A DNA stretch of 62,749 nucleotides, filler included, from Candidatus Woesearchaeota archaeon (GTDB taxonomy: Archaea; Nanobdellota; Nanobdellia; Woesearchaeales; GCA-2687795), in the NCBI GenBank assembly GCA_030753365.1. It is 5 parts of 5 records of this genome, joined end to end, with 100 filler letters (N's around TTAATTAATTAA, not from the genome) between each part and the next. Parts side by side here need not be neighbours in the genome. Positions count along the whole stretch, not along the records: positions 51,160 to 57,998 come from JASMCJ010000067.1; positions 58,099 to 62,749 come from JASMCJ010000070.1; 3 more parts are not named here. One strand, written 5' to 3'. The notes below the pieces were generated by a model. That model was not told where the DNA came from and made no database searches. It saw only the letters and a program-made list of their open reading frames with translations. Made by a program: the position numbers and the translations under genes. Numbering within the stretch: the first letter of the stretch is position 1; each line of letters starts with the position of its first letter. Below, in pieces: positions 51,160-60,551 of this stretch.

Positions 51160-51886
51160 TCTCAAAAAAGTTCATGCCCACAGCACCTATATCTATTGGC
51201 AGCCCATAATTAAAATAGAAAAAAACATAATAAGAAACATAAACCGGTAGAAGTAATATAAGGGCCATCTTAAAAGATTTAACCTTATTCTTATCATACA
51301 TGCTATAAGAAAGCAAAAGCAATAAAACAACCAAAGTATTAATCGGCTCAAAAAAAACAGCAATCAAAAAAAACATTATAGATAAATAAAGAAACACCTT
51401 CTTTCTTTTAAAGAAAAAATACAATCCCAGTAAGTCAAGCAATATAACCAATGAGAAAGGGCTTGATATAGAAAAAGTATACACATAAACAGGAGACAAA
51501 GCAAGAATCCCCAAAATCATTAATCTATTCAGAAGATTTATCTTCAAATTCTTTAAAATCAAATAAAACACCAAAAAGGAAAGCATTCCCAATATAATCG
51601 GGATAATCTTTGAAGCAGACTCTATCCCCATAAAACCCGCAAAAAACCCTAAAAATGGATGATAAGGATTAAACCTATAATCTTCAGATAATTCATTATC
51701 ATGCTTCAATATATTATCACTTTCTACTATTTCTCTAGCCATCCTGGCATGATAATAAGAGAAACTGCCTGGAAAAGTATCATTGCCATTAACCTTCCTT
51801 AAAATCAAAGGAGTTGAAAGTATTATTAAGCAAACTAATGCTAAAACTATGAACACATTCTTCTCTTTAAGGTATTTGGATAACAT
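51160..51886 (-). CDS. Multi-TM (GT-C-like) membrane protein, 3' truncated at the gap
   Basis: SYYHARMA motif; many TM helices. Confidence 0.55.
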
Positions 51887-51957
51887 ATAGAATGATTTAT
51901 TATAGTTTTTTATAAACATTAGGTTTTTCTCTCTTTTATCGTGTATTTACAATTAAC

Positions 51958-51965
51958 TTTAAATA
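51958..51965 (+). promoter_or_regulatory. TATA box of tRNA-Ser
   Basis: TTTAAATA ~25-30 bp upstream of the mature 5' end. Confidence 0.6.
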
Positions 51966-51989
51966 ACAGAAGAGTTTTTATCTTCTTAT

Positions 51990-52144
51990 GCCACGGTGGC
52001 ACAATCCGGTACTTTACGTAAGCTAAAGGTTTACGCGAAGCGGAAAACTGCGATGGCCTTGAGAGCCGTTTCCCGCAAGGGTATCCTGGTTCGAATCAGC
52101 TTTTTGCTTAAGCAAAGAAACTGGCGAAAGTCCGGGCCGTGGCG
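51990..52144 (+). tRNA. tRNA-Ser(TGA) with introns at 20/21 (52011-52046) and 59/60 (52096-52130)
   Basis: Spliced sequence folds to a full cloverleaf with a long variable arm; BHB helices TCCG/CGGA and TTCG/CGAA. Confidence 0.9.
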
Positions 52145-52228
52145 TTTTTTCTCTTTTTCTCCTCTTTGCTTTAGAAATGTTTTTAAATAGCTTTAAATCT
52201 TATATATTTAAACCAGACAATTTTTAAT

Positions 52229-52399
52229 GCGAGGGTTAAAATCAAGTTAATTCTTGTTTTTCCTCAGAGCGAAGTCTGGTCAAACGCGCAGGGCTGAGAA
52301 TCAGTGCGATACTTAAGGCCAGCTCTATAAGGAGCACTTACGGGAAGTAAGATATCCTGTTCCTTAGTGGATCCGGGGGTCCGAATCCCCTCCCTCGCA
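52229..52399 (+). tRNA. tRNA-Leu(TAA) with three introns at 8/9 (52237-52267), 30/31 (52293-52310) and 37/38 (52318-52353)
   Basis: BHB helices GAGG/CCTC, CGCA/TGCG and CTTA/TAAG with 3-nt bulges; splicing gives the stem CAGGA/TCCTG and loop CTTAAGA. Confidence 0.88.
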
Positions 52400-52446
52400 C
52401 TTTTTATTTAATAATTATAATAAGAAAAAGAATGAATAAAACAAGT

Positions 52447-52827
52447 TTATCCCAAAGCATCAAACATATTTTTTGTGAATTGGTCTCCATCAATCCCTTT
52501 AATATATTTAGATTCTATTGAATAAACTGTACCGTTTCCAATGTCTATCCCAACCATCTTTTTTCTCTTGTTGTCTTCTCCTTCATATGATATCCTTTTT
52601 ACTCTATATGATTGATCTCCTGAAAAATTAAGAGCCTCAACAGATCTTACAAGTTCATTATTCATTGACTCCTGAATTGCCTCCATATTTAAATATATCA
52701 ACGCTTCAATATGAACTGGCTGATCAATAATATCAGGAATTCTAACCTCTTCTGCAGATTCTACTGGTTCTTCTCTTCTTCCAAAATAACCCATTAATCT
52801 ACTCTTATCCATTTTAATTGCCTCCAT
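52447..52827 (-). CDS. Hypothetical protein
   Basis: 126-aa ORF; no motif recognised. Confidence 0.5.
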   Translation of the reverse strand: MEAIKMDKSRLMGYFGRREEPVESAEEVRIPDIIDQPVHIEALIYLNMEAIQESMNNELVRSVEALNFSGDQSYRVKRISYEGEDNKRKKMVGIDIGNGTVYSIESKYIKGIDGDQFTKNMFDALG

Positions 52828-52897
52828 GTAGTCTATTATTCTCTATAGGATAGAAATCTCTTTTTAAATCTTTCTTAATTATCACTAATAAGTAATC

Positions 52898-54646
52898 CTA
52901 CACTCCCCACATCTCATTCTTCTTTCTCATAATAACTGCAATCTCTTTAAGAATCTTAATCTCTTCCTTTTTAAGATGCTTCTTCAATTCTTTCAACTTT
53001 CTGAAGTCTTCTTCAGGAATCGCAGAAAACAAAACATCCCCTTCATTAATCTGCCTTCCAACAGTAACATTCGGCAATGAAATAGCAACCTTCTTTCCTC
53101 TCTCAGCCTTCTCAACATTATCCTGATCCAGCTGCATGCTCTTAATAGTAGTAATCTCTTTGCCATCCTCCTTCATAAGAGGTGTATTATTCTTAACAAC
53201 ACCTTCCATCACATCAACACCCACAACAGCAGGATTATTCTGCCTAAACACATATCCACTCATAATAGTAAGTTTACAAGGTCTAACCAAAGACTCCAAC
53301 TCCTTACCCTCCTGAGACTTAAGTTCCTCCTCTTTCCATTTTTCATACTCTTCAATAAGCTTATACACCACATCATTAGTAATAATCTTAACCTTCTTCT
53401 CATCCTTCCCTTCCAAAGCAACATTAAATCCAATCACCACACTCAGCAAAGGATCTTCTTCCTTCATGCTCTCAGCTTCGGCAACATCCTTCTTTGTAAT
53501 ATTACCAATAGTAGCCTTTCTAATCGGAATCTCTTTCTCTTTCAACAATATAATCAATGCTTCAAGCGAGCCAAGCGAGTCAGCCTTCACAATAATACCA
53601 TTACTTTCAGTATGAATAACAACACTTTCAATCTCAGTGCTAATCTCCTTCTTAACCTTCTCTACATCCTTCTCATCACAGCTCACTATTGGCATCCCAG
53701 CCACAGCATCATCAACATTAGGCGCCAGAATCTTAACTCCTATAGCAGCATTAACATCATTCACCGACTTAAACTTACACTTCTGCCCCCTCTTAAACAC
53801 AGGCTCAAACAATCCTCTCACCTTTGTAACAATTGGCTCACCTAAACTTCCAACAACAATAGTATCACCTTTCTTAAGGCTGCCATCATAAATAATAACG
53901 TCCATAGTCTTCCCAAACCCAGTCTCCTCTTTAACTTCCATAATAGTACCCTTTGCTTCCTTGCTCTCTGACTTAAGATTATCTTCAAGAAACTTCTGCG
54001 CAAGTCCAGTCAACACCATCAAAAGCTCAGGCAATCCTGCTCCAGTCTTAGCTGAAACAGGAACAATCGCAATCCTTTTGCTGAAATCATCAACCCTGTC
54101 AAACCTATCAGAATCAAACTCCTCTTCAGAAAGCTTGCCCACAACCTCATACAGCTTCTTCTCCAGAATACCTTTAACAGAATCAGGTTGATCATTGATA
54201 ACCTGCAACAACGCACCTTCCTTATCCTGCCATCCAGAAATAAGGTCAATCTTGTTAAGTGCAATAATAAACGGAGTCTTATACTCCTTAAGAATCTTAA
54301 TACATTCTAAAGTCTGCGGCTTAACCCCATCATTAATATCAATAACTAAAACAGCAATATCAGCCAAATTGCCTCCTCTCTTTCTAATATTATTAAACGC
54401 TGCATGGCCTGGAGTATCTACAAACAATAATCCTGGAATAGTAAACTCCATCTTAAGCGCCTTAAGCAGCTCTCCGCAAATATCCTTAATAACATCCAAT
54501 GAAACGCATGAACATGAAATAGCCTGTGTAATACCGCCAGCCTCTCCTGCAGTAATAGCCGATCCTCTAACCTTATCCAACAGGCTTGTCTTCCCATGAT
54601 CAATATGCCCTACAAAAACCACAATCGGCTGTCTAAGTTTGTCCAT
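52898..54646 (-). CDS. infB: Translation initiation factor aIF5B (IF-2)
   Basis: GHIDHGKT, EAGGITQ, DTPGH, NKID, KADSLGSLEA. Confidence 0.97.
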   Translation of the reverse strand: MDKLRQPIVVFVGHIDHGKTSLLDKVRGSAITAGEAGGITQAISCSCVSLDVIKDICGELLKALKMEFTIPGLLFVDTPGHAAFNNIRKRGGNLADIAVLVIDINDGVKPQTLECIKILKEYKTPFIIALNKIDLISGWQDKEGALLQVINDQPDSVKGILEKKLYEVVGKLSEEEFDSDRFDRVDDFSKRIAIVPVSAKTGAGLPELLMVLTGLAQKFLEDNLKSESKEAKGTIMEVKEETGFGKTMDVIIYDGSLKKGDTIVVGSLGEPIVTKVRGLFEPVFKRGQKCKFKSVNDVNAAIGVKILAPNVDDAVAGMPIVSCDEKDVEKVKKEISTEIESVVIHTESNGIIVKADSLGSLEALIILLKEKEIPIRKATIGNITKKDVAEAESMKEEDPLLSVVIGFNVALEGKDEKKVKIITNDVVYKLIEEYEKWKEEELKSQEGKELESLVRPCKLTIMSGYVFRQNNPAVVGVDVMEGVVKNNTPLMKEDGKEITTIKSMQLDQDNVEKAERGKKVAISLPNVTVGRQINEGDVLFSAIPEEDFRKLKELKKHLKKEEIKILKEIAVIMRKKNEMWGV

Positions 54647-54709
54647 TTTACTATAAGAAAGGAATGAGGTTTTAAAAAGGTTTTCAAAAAAGAAAGATTT
54701 ATATAGGGG

Positions 54710-54725
54710 GTAAGACTAATCTTAC
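54710..54725. promoter_or_regulatory. Palindromic operator GTAAGA-CTAA-TCTTAC of the TA operon
   Basis: Lies between AAAGATTTATATA and the antitoxin start. Confidence 0.65.
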
Positions 54726-54737
54726 TTGGTGATACAC

Positions 54738-55004
54738 ATGGAAGTAGCAATAACCAAAATGAGTTCAAAAGGGCAGGTAGTAATCCCTGCTGAAATGAGA
54801 GAAGATATTCAAGAAGGTGAGAAACTAATCATCATACAAAACAATGGTCAACTTATAATGAAAAAAGCCAATAAACTGGAAGAGGATTTAAAAGATGACT
54901 TAGAATTCGCCAGAAGAACTGAAGAAGCTTTTAGAAGAATCGAAAAAGGAGAAGGCATAAAGATGGACTTTGACGAATTCATAGACGAAATGAAAAAATG
55001 GTAG
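54738..55004 (+). CDS. AbrB/MazE-type antitoxin
   Basis: KMSSKGQVVIP..MR. Confidence 0.88.
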   Translation: MEVAITKMSSKGQVVIPAEMREDIQEGEKLIIIQNNGQLIMKKANKLEEDLKDDLEFARRTEEAFRRIEKGEGIKMDFDEFIDEMKKW

Positions 55005-55240
55005 AAGTAATCTTTGAATCTTATTTCAAAAGAAACTTTAAGAAAATCAAAAATAAACTTCTAAAGGAAAAAATAATCATTCAAGTATCTAAAATTAAAG
55101 ACAATCCAGAAATTGGAAAACCTATGCAGTATGGCAGAAAAGGAACCAGAGAGTTATATATATCTCCTTTTAGACTATCTTACAGAATAGAAAGTGATAT
55201 AGTCTATATTCTTGATTTATACCACAAAGACGAGCAATAA
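54998..55240 (+). CDS. RelE/ParE-family toxin
   Basis: NPEIGKPM..RELYISPFRLSY..YHKDEQ; overlaps the antitoxin gene. Confidence 0.85.
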   Translation: MVEVIFESYFKRNFKKIKNKLLKEKIIIQVSKIKDNPEIGKPMQYGRKGTRELYISPFRLSYRIESDIVYILDLYHKDEQ

Positions 55241-55241
55241 A

Positions 55242-55694
55242 ATGCAAAACCTAAAAATCCTCAACAGCAAAGAAAAAAAGGAAATCCTAAACATACTAAA
55301 AAAGCAGTTTGGCTTTGAAGGAAAACTAGACTATGTCTTCTTAAAAAACGAGAAAGGCAAGCTATATTGTATAAATAGTGAGTTCTCTTCAATAGATTTA
55401 TCAAAGCTAAGAATCAACACACTAGGCTTATATTTTGCAAGGCAGGTTGACAACACCATAAGGCTAACAATAGAAGGCTCACAGATAATAGGAAAAAATG
55501 CATCTAAAAACATTGTTGAAATAACCAAAGAAGAAATGCTGGACTGGCTCAAAGGCAATGACCTAACCAAAGAAGTAAGCTCAAAAGAATTCATCATCCT
55601 AAAACACAAAACAGATTTTCTAGGCTGCGGCAAATGCAAAGAAGGAAAGATCTTCAACTATGTTCCAAAAGGAAGAAGAATAAACTTAAATTAA
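55242..55694 (+). CDS. NIP7-like PUA-domain ribosome biogenesis protein
   Basis: LGLYF..RLTIEG, WLKG.D, LGCG...NYVPK.RR. Confidence 0.75.
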   Translation: MQNLKILNSKEKKEILNILKKQFGFEGKLDYVFLKNEKGKLYCINSEFSSIDLSKLRINTLGLYFARQVDNTIRLTIEGSQIIGKNASKNIVEITKEEMLDWLKGNDLTKEVSSKEFIILKHKTDFLGCGKCKEGKIFNYVPKGRRINLN

Positions 55695-55741
55695 TAGTAA
55701 ACTTTAAAAAATCCATTAATTTAACTCTTTATGGTGATATT

Positions 55742-55945
55742 ATGGCAAAATTCAAAATAGAATACAACAAAGAAGCCTGCATAGGCTGTGGCGCATGCAC
55801 AAGCCAGAGCTCCAACTGGGAACTGGTAGAAGAAGATGGCGCTAACAAGGCAAAGCCAAAAGTAACAGAACTAGAAGAAGTAGGCGACAACAAAGAAGCA
55901 GAAGAAGTCTGTCCTGTTGATGCAATTAAGGTTGTAGAAGCCTAA
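55742..55945 (+). CDS. Ferredoxin (4Fe-4S)
   Basis: CIGCGAC...CPVDAI; GGTGA RBS upstream. Confidence 0.9.
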   Translation: MAKFKIEYNKEACIGCGACTSQSSNWELVEEDGANKAKPKVTELEEVGDNKEAEEVCPVDAIKVVEA

Positions 55946-56020
55946 ATTCTTTTTTATATTTTTTTCAGTTAGAAATCTTTAAATACCTCTTCTCTCATTA
56001 TCAATTCAAAAGAGGTTAGA

Positions 56021-57334
56021 ATGAGTTCTAGAAACAAAGCATGGGTCATATCAGTGGACATGGGCTATGGACATCAGAGAGCAGCCTATCCTCTAAAAGA
56101 TATAGCCTATGAAAGAATCATAACTGCAAACAGCGATAAAATCATAACAGTCAAAGAGAAAAAGACTTGGCACAGGCTCGCATCTTTTTATGAAGGTGTA
56201 TCTAGAATGAGATCTTTCCCTATAATCGGAGAAATCCTTTGGCGTATCTATGACAAAATCCAGTCAATATCTCCTTACTACCCACTTAGAGACCTGTCTA
56301 AGCCAAGTTTAGGTTCAAAATACATGCATCGGTTGATAAAAAAAGGCATCTTTAAAAGCATAGTAGAATACACAAAAGAAAAAAAGATTCCTTTCATAAG
56401 CACTTATTTTGTTCCAGCACTGGCAGCTGCACATGAAAAGCTAAAGGACGTATATTGTGTTGTCACTGACACAGACATTAACCGGGCATGGGTTCCTGAA
56501 CATCCAAAAAAAGATAAGTTATATTATCTTACTCCTACAGAACACAGCACAAAAAGATTAATAGCTTATGGAGTTCCAAAAAAGAACATCTTCTTCACAG
56601 GCTTTCCACTGCCAAAAGAAAATCTGGGAAGAAACCTTGAACTCCTAAAAAAAGATTTAGGGGAAAGGCTTCCTAACTTAGACCCCCACAAGATTTACAT
56701 CTCAAAATATAAAGCTGTCATCAAAAACCATCTTGGGAAATACTACAGAACTAAAAGTACCCACCCTTTAACCTTAACCTTAGTAATTGGAGGTGCAGGA
56801 GCTCAAAAAGAAACAGTAGCAACCATACTAAAAAGCCTTAAAGCAAAAATAAAAAAGAACGAAATCAGAATAAACCTTATTGCAGGAACCCGCCTTGAAA
56901 TAGAGCAGTATTTTAAGGATGTAATAAACAATCTAAACCTAACAAAAAAACTGGGAGAATCTATAAACATACTATGTACACTAAACAAGAAAAGTCATTT
57001 TGAAGAATTTAATAAGTTACTTCATGAAACAGACATTCTCTGGACAAAGCCAAGCGAACTTTCTTTTTACACAGCTCTTGGTTTGCCTATAATAATAGCT
57101 CCACCATTAGGGGCTCATGAAATCTTAAACCAAAAATGGCTTGTTAGAATGGGAACAGGGTTTAGACAGGAGGATCCTGCTTATGTTAATGAATGGTTTT
57201 CTGAGTGGATTGACAAGGGCTTTCTTGCGGAAGCTGCTTTAGAAGGATTCCTTGAAGCGCCCAAATATGGGATATATAATATAGAAAAAGTGCTCTTTAG
57301 CAAGAATAAAAATAATTTAAAGTTTAAGTATTAG
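56021..57334 (+). CDS. GT-B-fold glycosyltransferase-like protein
   Basis: DMGYGHQRAA, VTDTD, TGFPLP, WTKPSE. Confidence 0.75.
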   Translation: MSSRNKAWVISVDMGYGHQRAAYPLKDIAYERIITANSDKIITVKEKKTWHRLASFYEGVSRMRSFPIIGEILWRIYDKIQSISPYYPLRDLSKPSLGSKYMHRLIKKGIFKSIVEYTKEKKIPFISTYFVPALAAAHEKLKDVYCVVTDTDINRAWVPEHPKKDKLYYLTPTEHSTKRLIAYGVPKKNIFFTGFPLPKENLGRNLELLKKDLGERLPNLDPHKIYISKYKAVIKNHLGKYYRTKSTHPLTLTLVIGGAGAQKETVATILKSLKAKIKKNEIRINLIAGTRLEIEQYFKDVINNLNLTKKLGESINILCTLNKKSHFEEFNKLLHETDILWTKPSELSFYTALGLPIIIAPPLGAHEILNQKWLVRMGTGFRQEDPAYVNEWFSEWIDKGFLAEAALEGFLEAPKYGIYNIEKVLFSKNKNNLKFKY

Positions 57335-57383
57335 ACTTTCTAAAATATAAATCTTTATTAAACTCCTTATTTCTTTAACCTAA

Positions 57384-57815
57384 ATGGGAAGAGAAGTAGT
57401 CATAGGTTCAGACCATGGAGGGTATGAACTAAAAGAATATATCAAGGAATACTTAGTTGACTCAGGCTACTCTGTTAAAGACTTTGGAACATATAATTCT
57501 AATCCAGTAGATTATCCTGATATAGCAAAGGAATTAGGAGAATATGTTGTTGAGAAAAATTTAGAAGGAATTCTAATCTGCGGTGCAGGCATTGGCATGA
57601 GCATAGCAGCAAACAAAATAACAGGTATAAGAGCCGCTCTCTGTTACAACAATTACATAGCAAAGCTAAGTAAATTACATAACCATGCAAACATATTATG
57701 TCTTGGCGGCAGGCTCATCGGAAAAGAGCTTGCAAAAGAAATTGTAGATGTTTGGCTCAACACAGGTTTTAGTAAAGAAGAAAGGCATATGAGAAGAATA
57801 GGTAAGATAGAATAG
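57384..57815 (+). CDS. rpiB: Ribose-5-phosphate isomerase B
   Basis: GSDHGG, DYPD, CGAGIG, HNHANIL. Confidence 0.95.
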   Translation: MGREVVIGSDHGGYELKEYIKEYLVDSGYSVKDFGTYNSNPVDYPDIAKELGEYVVEKNLEGILICGAGIGMSIAANKITGIRAALCYNNYIAKLSKLHNHANILCLGGRLIGKELAKEIVDVWLNTGFSKEERHMRRIGKIE

Positions 57816-57819
57816 TATC

Positions 57820-57912
57820 TTACTCACTCTTCACACTATTGCACTTCTTGCAAATCTCTCTCTTCAATATCCTATGAGCACCGCATTCAGTGCATTTTCC
57901 TACTTTTGCCAT
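57820..57912 (-). CDS. 30-aa zinc-finger microprotein MAKVGKCTECGAHRILKREICKKCNSVKSE
   Basis: Manually translated; two CxxC motifs; AGGTGA RBS and a TATA-like box upstream. Confidence 0.6.
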   Translation of the reverse strand: MAKVGKCTECGAHRILKREICKKCNSVKSE

Positions 57913-58100
57913 GTTAATTCACCTATCTAGTTGTTTAAATACTCTCTAAGAATCAGCTCTTAGAGGCTTCTCTACCCCTTTTATAAGAAGGAATGTTTNN
58001 NNNNNNNNNNNNNNNNNNNNNNNNNNNNNNNNNNNNNNNNNNTTAATTAATTAANNNNNNNNNNNNNNNNNNNNNNNNNNNNNNNNNNNNNNNNNNNNCA

Positions 58101-58364
58101 AAGAAAACATTGGGAGTAAACAGCGAAGACTACCTTCTAGGCCTATGCGACCTAACAGGGGAACTTGGAAGAAGAGCAGTCTCCCTTGCAACAAAAAGAG
58201 AATTCAAAGAAGTAGAGCTCATCAAAGACACAGTAGAGGAAATCTATGGTGAATTCCTCAAATTCAACCTAAGAAACAGCCAGCTAAGAAGAAAAAGTGA
58301 TTCAATTAAATGGAATCTAAAGAAACTAGAAGAAATCATGTACGATATACAGAATGTAAAATAA
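58101..58364 (+). CDS. Translin-family protein, C-terminal fragment
   Basis: DYLLGLCDLTGEL.R and LRRK.D; truncated by the gap. Confidence 0.85.
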   Translation, partial: KKTLGVNSEDYLLGLCDLTGELGRRAVSLATKREFKEVELIKDTVEEIYGEFLKFNLRNSQLRRKSDSIKWNLKKLEEIMYDIQNVK

Positions 58365-58379
58365 GACAGAAATAATATA

Positions 58380-59345
58380 ATGCAACTCTCACAAGCATCA
58401 TCAATTGCAATAAGAACCTGCATGAACACACAAGAAAACGAGCGAGTTCTAATCATATATGACAAAAACAAGCGAACCATAGCAAACTCCCTTCTAAAAG
58501 AAGCGGAAAAAATCACAAAATATGCAAACCTCACAGAAATTCCCAATCCAAAATTCAATGGCCAGGAACCACCAAAAGAAGTAGCAAAAGAGATGCAGAA
58601 TTCTGATGTGATTCTTATGCCAACCTCAAAATCCTTATCCCACACAGAAGCAAGAAGAAAAGCTTCTGAAAAAGGCGCAAGAATCGCTTCTATGCCAGGC
58701 ATAACAGAAGAAATCATGAAAAGAACTCTAACAGCAGACTACCATCAAATCACAGAAATCTCCAACAAAATCATGAGCATCTTAAACAAAGCCTATGAAA
58801 ACCAAGAAAAAATAAAAATCACCACAGAGCTAGGCACAGACCTAGAAATGCAAGTTAATAGAGAACTCCCTCAAGTAAGTGAAGGAATATTCCACAAAAA
58901 AGGAGACTGGGGCAACCTTCCTGATGGAGAAGCATACTTTGCACCCTTAGAAAACCACACAAACGGTACAATAATCATAGACGCATCCATGGCAGGCATA
59001 GGAAAGCTAACCAGCCCAATAAAAATAGAAATCAAAGATGGCTACGCAATAAACATAGAAGGAAAACAACAAGCAGAACAACTAAAAAAGCTCCTAACAG
59101 ACTTCAACAACAAAACAGCCTATAATATTGCAGAGCTAGGCATAGGAACAAACGACAAAGCAATAATAACAGGCATAATCTTAGAAGATGAAAAAGTCTT
59201 AGGCACAGCTCACATAGCATTAGGGAATAATCTCTCCTATGGCGGCACAGTCAATGCCCCTTGCCACTTAGACGGCATTTTCCTAAAACCAACAATAGAA
59301 GCAGGCAATAAAACAATACTGAAAAAAGGAAAGCTACTATTATAA
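58380..59345 (+). CDS. Aminopeptidase (M29/leucyl type)
   Basis: NLPDGE, AELGIGTN, EDEK..GTAHIALG, HLD. Confidence 0.9.
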   Translation: MQLSQASSIAIRTCMNTQENERVLIIYDKNKRTIANSLLKEAEKITKYANLTEIPNPKFNGQEPPKEVAKEMQNSDVILMPTSKSLSHTEARRKASEKGARIASMPGITEEIMKRTLTADYHQITEISNKIMSILNKAYENQEKIKITTELGTDLEMQVNRELPQVSEGIFHKKGDWGNLPDGEAYFAPLENHTNGTIIIDASMAGIGKLTSPIKIEIKDGYAINIEGKQQAEQLKKLLTDFNNKTAYNIAELGIGTNDKAIITGIILEDEKVLGTAHIALGNNLSYGGTVNAPCHLDGIFLKPTIEAGNKTILKKGKLLL

Positions 59346-59390
59346 TCAAACACTATATTTAAATACCATTTATTTTATCACAACTTCTCC

Positions 59391-60551
59391 ATGAGACGAA
59401 ACAGAATACTCTTAACCATATTATTATTCCTTGTATCCTTAGGTTCAGGACTATACAGCCTATTCATACCTCTCTTCCTATTAAAACAAGGAGTTGAATT
59501 CAGCTACATAATAGTTTACATCATGAGCTTCTGTTTAGGCGGCATAATCTCTGGCATGCTCTTCAACTATATAATCCACAAGTCAGGAATAAAAATCCCT
59601 ATAATAGCAAGATGCATTCTCGAACCCTTCATAATATTCATCTTAAGTTTATACCCTAATTTCAAACTCCCTATATGGGTATATGGTATAACTCTTGCAA
59701 TAGTCCAATTCATGTTCTGGAACTGCACATCATTAATCCTTCTAAAATCAACTGAAAGGCACAAACGGGGAAAACAACAGGCATGGATTCTGGCCTTATT
59801 ATGGATAGCTAACATAATCTCTCCTTTCATTGGCGGACTAATAATAAACTACTTAGGCTACAATTACCTTTATGCCATAGGATTAATCATAGTACTAAGC
59901 TCATGCATCCCAACACTTCTCTTAAGACAGGAAGTAGTAGTAACCGGAAAAAGAGTATTCTTCCCATCATTTAAAGGTGAAATAGGAATTCATATGATAA
60001 TCACCTTCTTCAGAGGCTTCAGTTTTGTTACAATCATATTTTTTTGGGTAATATACTTATACAACATTCTTGGCTCAGAACTCAAAGTAGGCACTTTCTC
60101 CTCCTTGGGCTCACTCCTCGCGCTAACAGCCGTGCTCATAGGCGGCTATGTCATCGACCATATAAAAAAAATCATAGCAATAACAACAACTTTCTCTCTC
60201 TCAGCACTCTCAATGTTCCTCTCAATATTCAGCACCACCATCCCTTTGCTATTTATATTCAACCTCACAAACAGGTTTACTCATCAATCAACCCAGTTGA
60301 TATCTGATATACTATTCCACCATGAAATAGAAGACAAGGACGTCCCATCATATCTCTCAGAAAGTGTCATCTCCTTCTGCTTAGGAGGAATAGTTCTCAG
60401 CTTATTCGCATTCTTCTTCAGCTACAAGCTCATATTTATAATCGCATCTTTAGGCCTTCTCACAGCACTTGGCTTCAGCACAAAGCTTAAGAACTTAGAA
60501 ACTCAATCTCAATCTCAGTCTGATCATGAGTCGGGTACTCCTCAACAATAG
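59391..60551 (+). CDS. MFS transporter
   Basis: ~12 TM helices; RGK..A...ISPFIGG. Confidence 0.8.
   Translation: MRRNRILLTILLFLVSLGSGLYSLFIPLFLLKQGVEFSYIIVYIMSFCLGGIISGMLFNYIIHKSGIKIPIIARCILEPFIIFILSLYPNFKLPIWVYGITLAIVQFMFWNCTSLILLKSTERHKRGKQQAWILALLWIANIISPFIGGLIINYLGYNYLYAIGLIIVLSSCIPTLLLRQEVVVTGKRVFFPSFKGEIGIHMIITFFRGFSFVTIIFFWVIYLYNILGSELKVGTFSSLGSLLALTAVLIGGYVIDHIKKIIAITTTFSLSALSMFLSIFSTTIPLLFIFNLTNRFTHQSTQLISDILFHHEIEDKDVPSYLSESVISFCLGGIVLSLFAFFFSYKLIFIIASLGLLTALGFSTKLKNLETQSQSQSDHESGTPQQ

Noticed and set aside
51996..52190. 64-aa ORF in the track
   Set aside because: It overlaps the intron-containing tRNA-Ser and is spurious
52296..52298. tRNA-Leu(GAG) with a single long intron as the primary call
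   Set aside because: The BHB helices and the perfect CAGGA/TCCTG stem support the three-intron UAA reading
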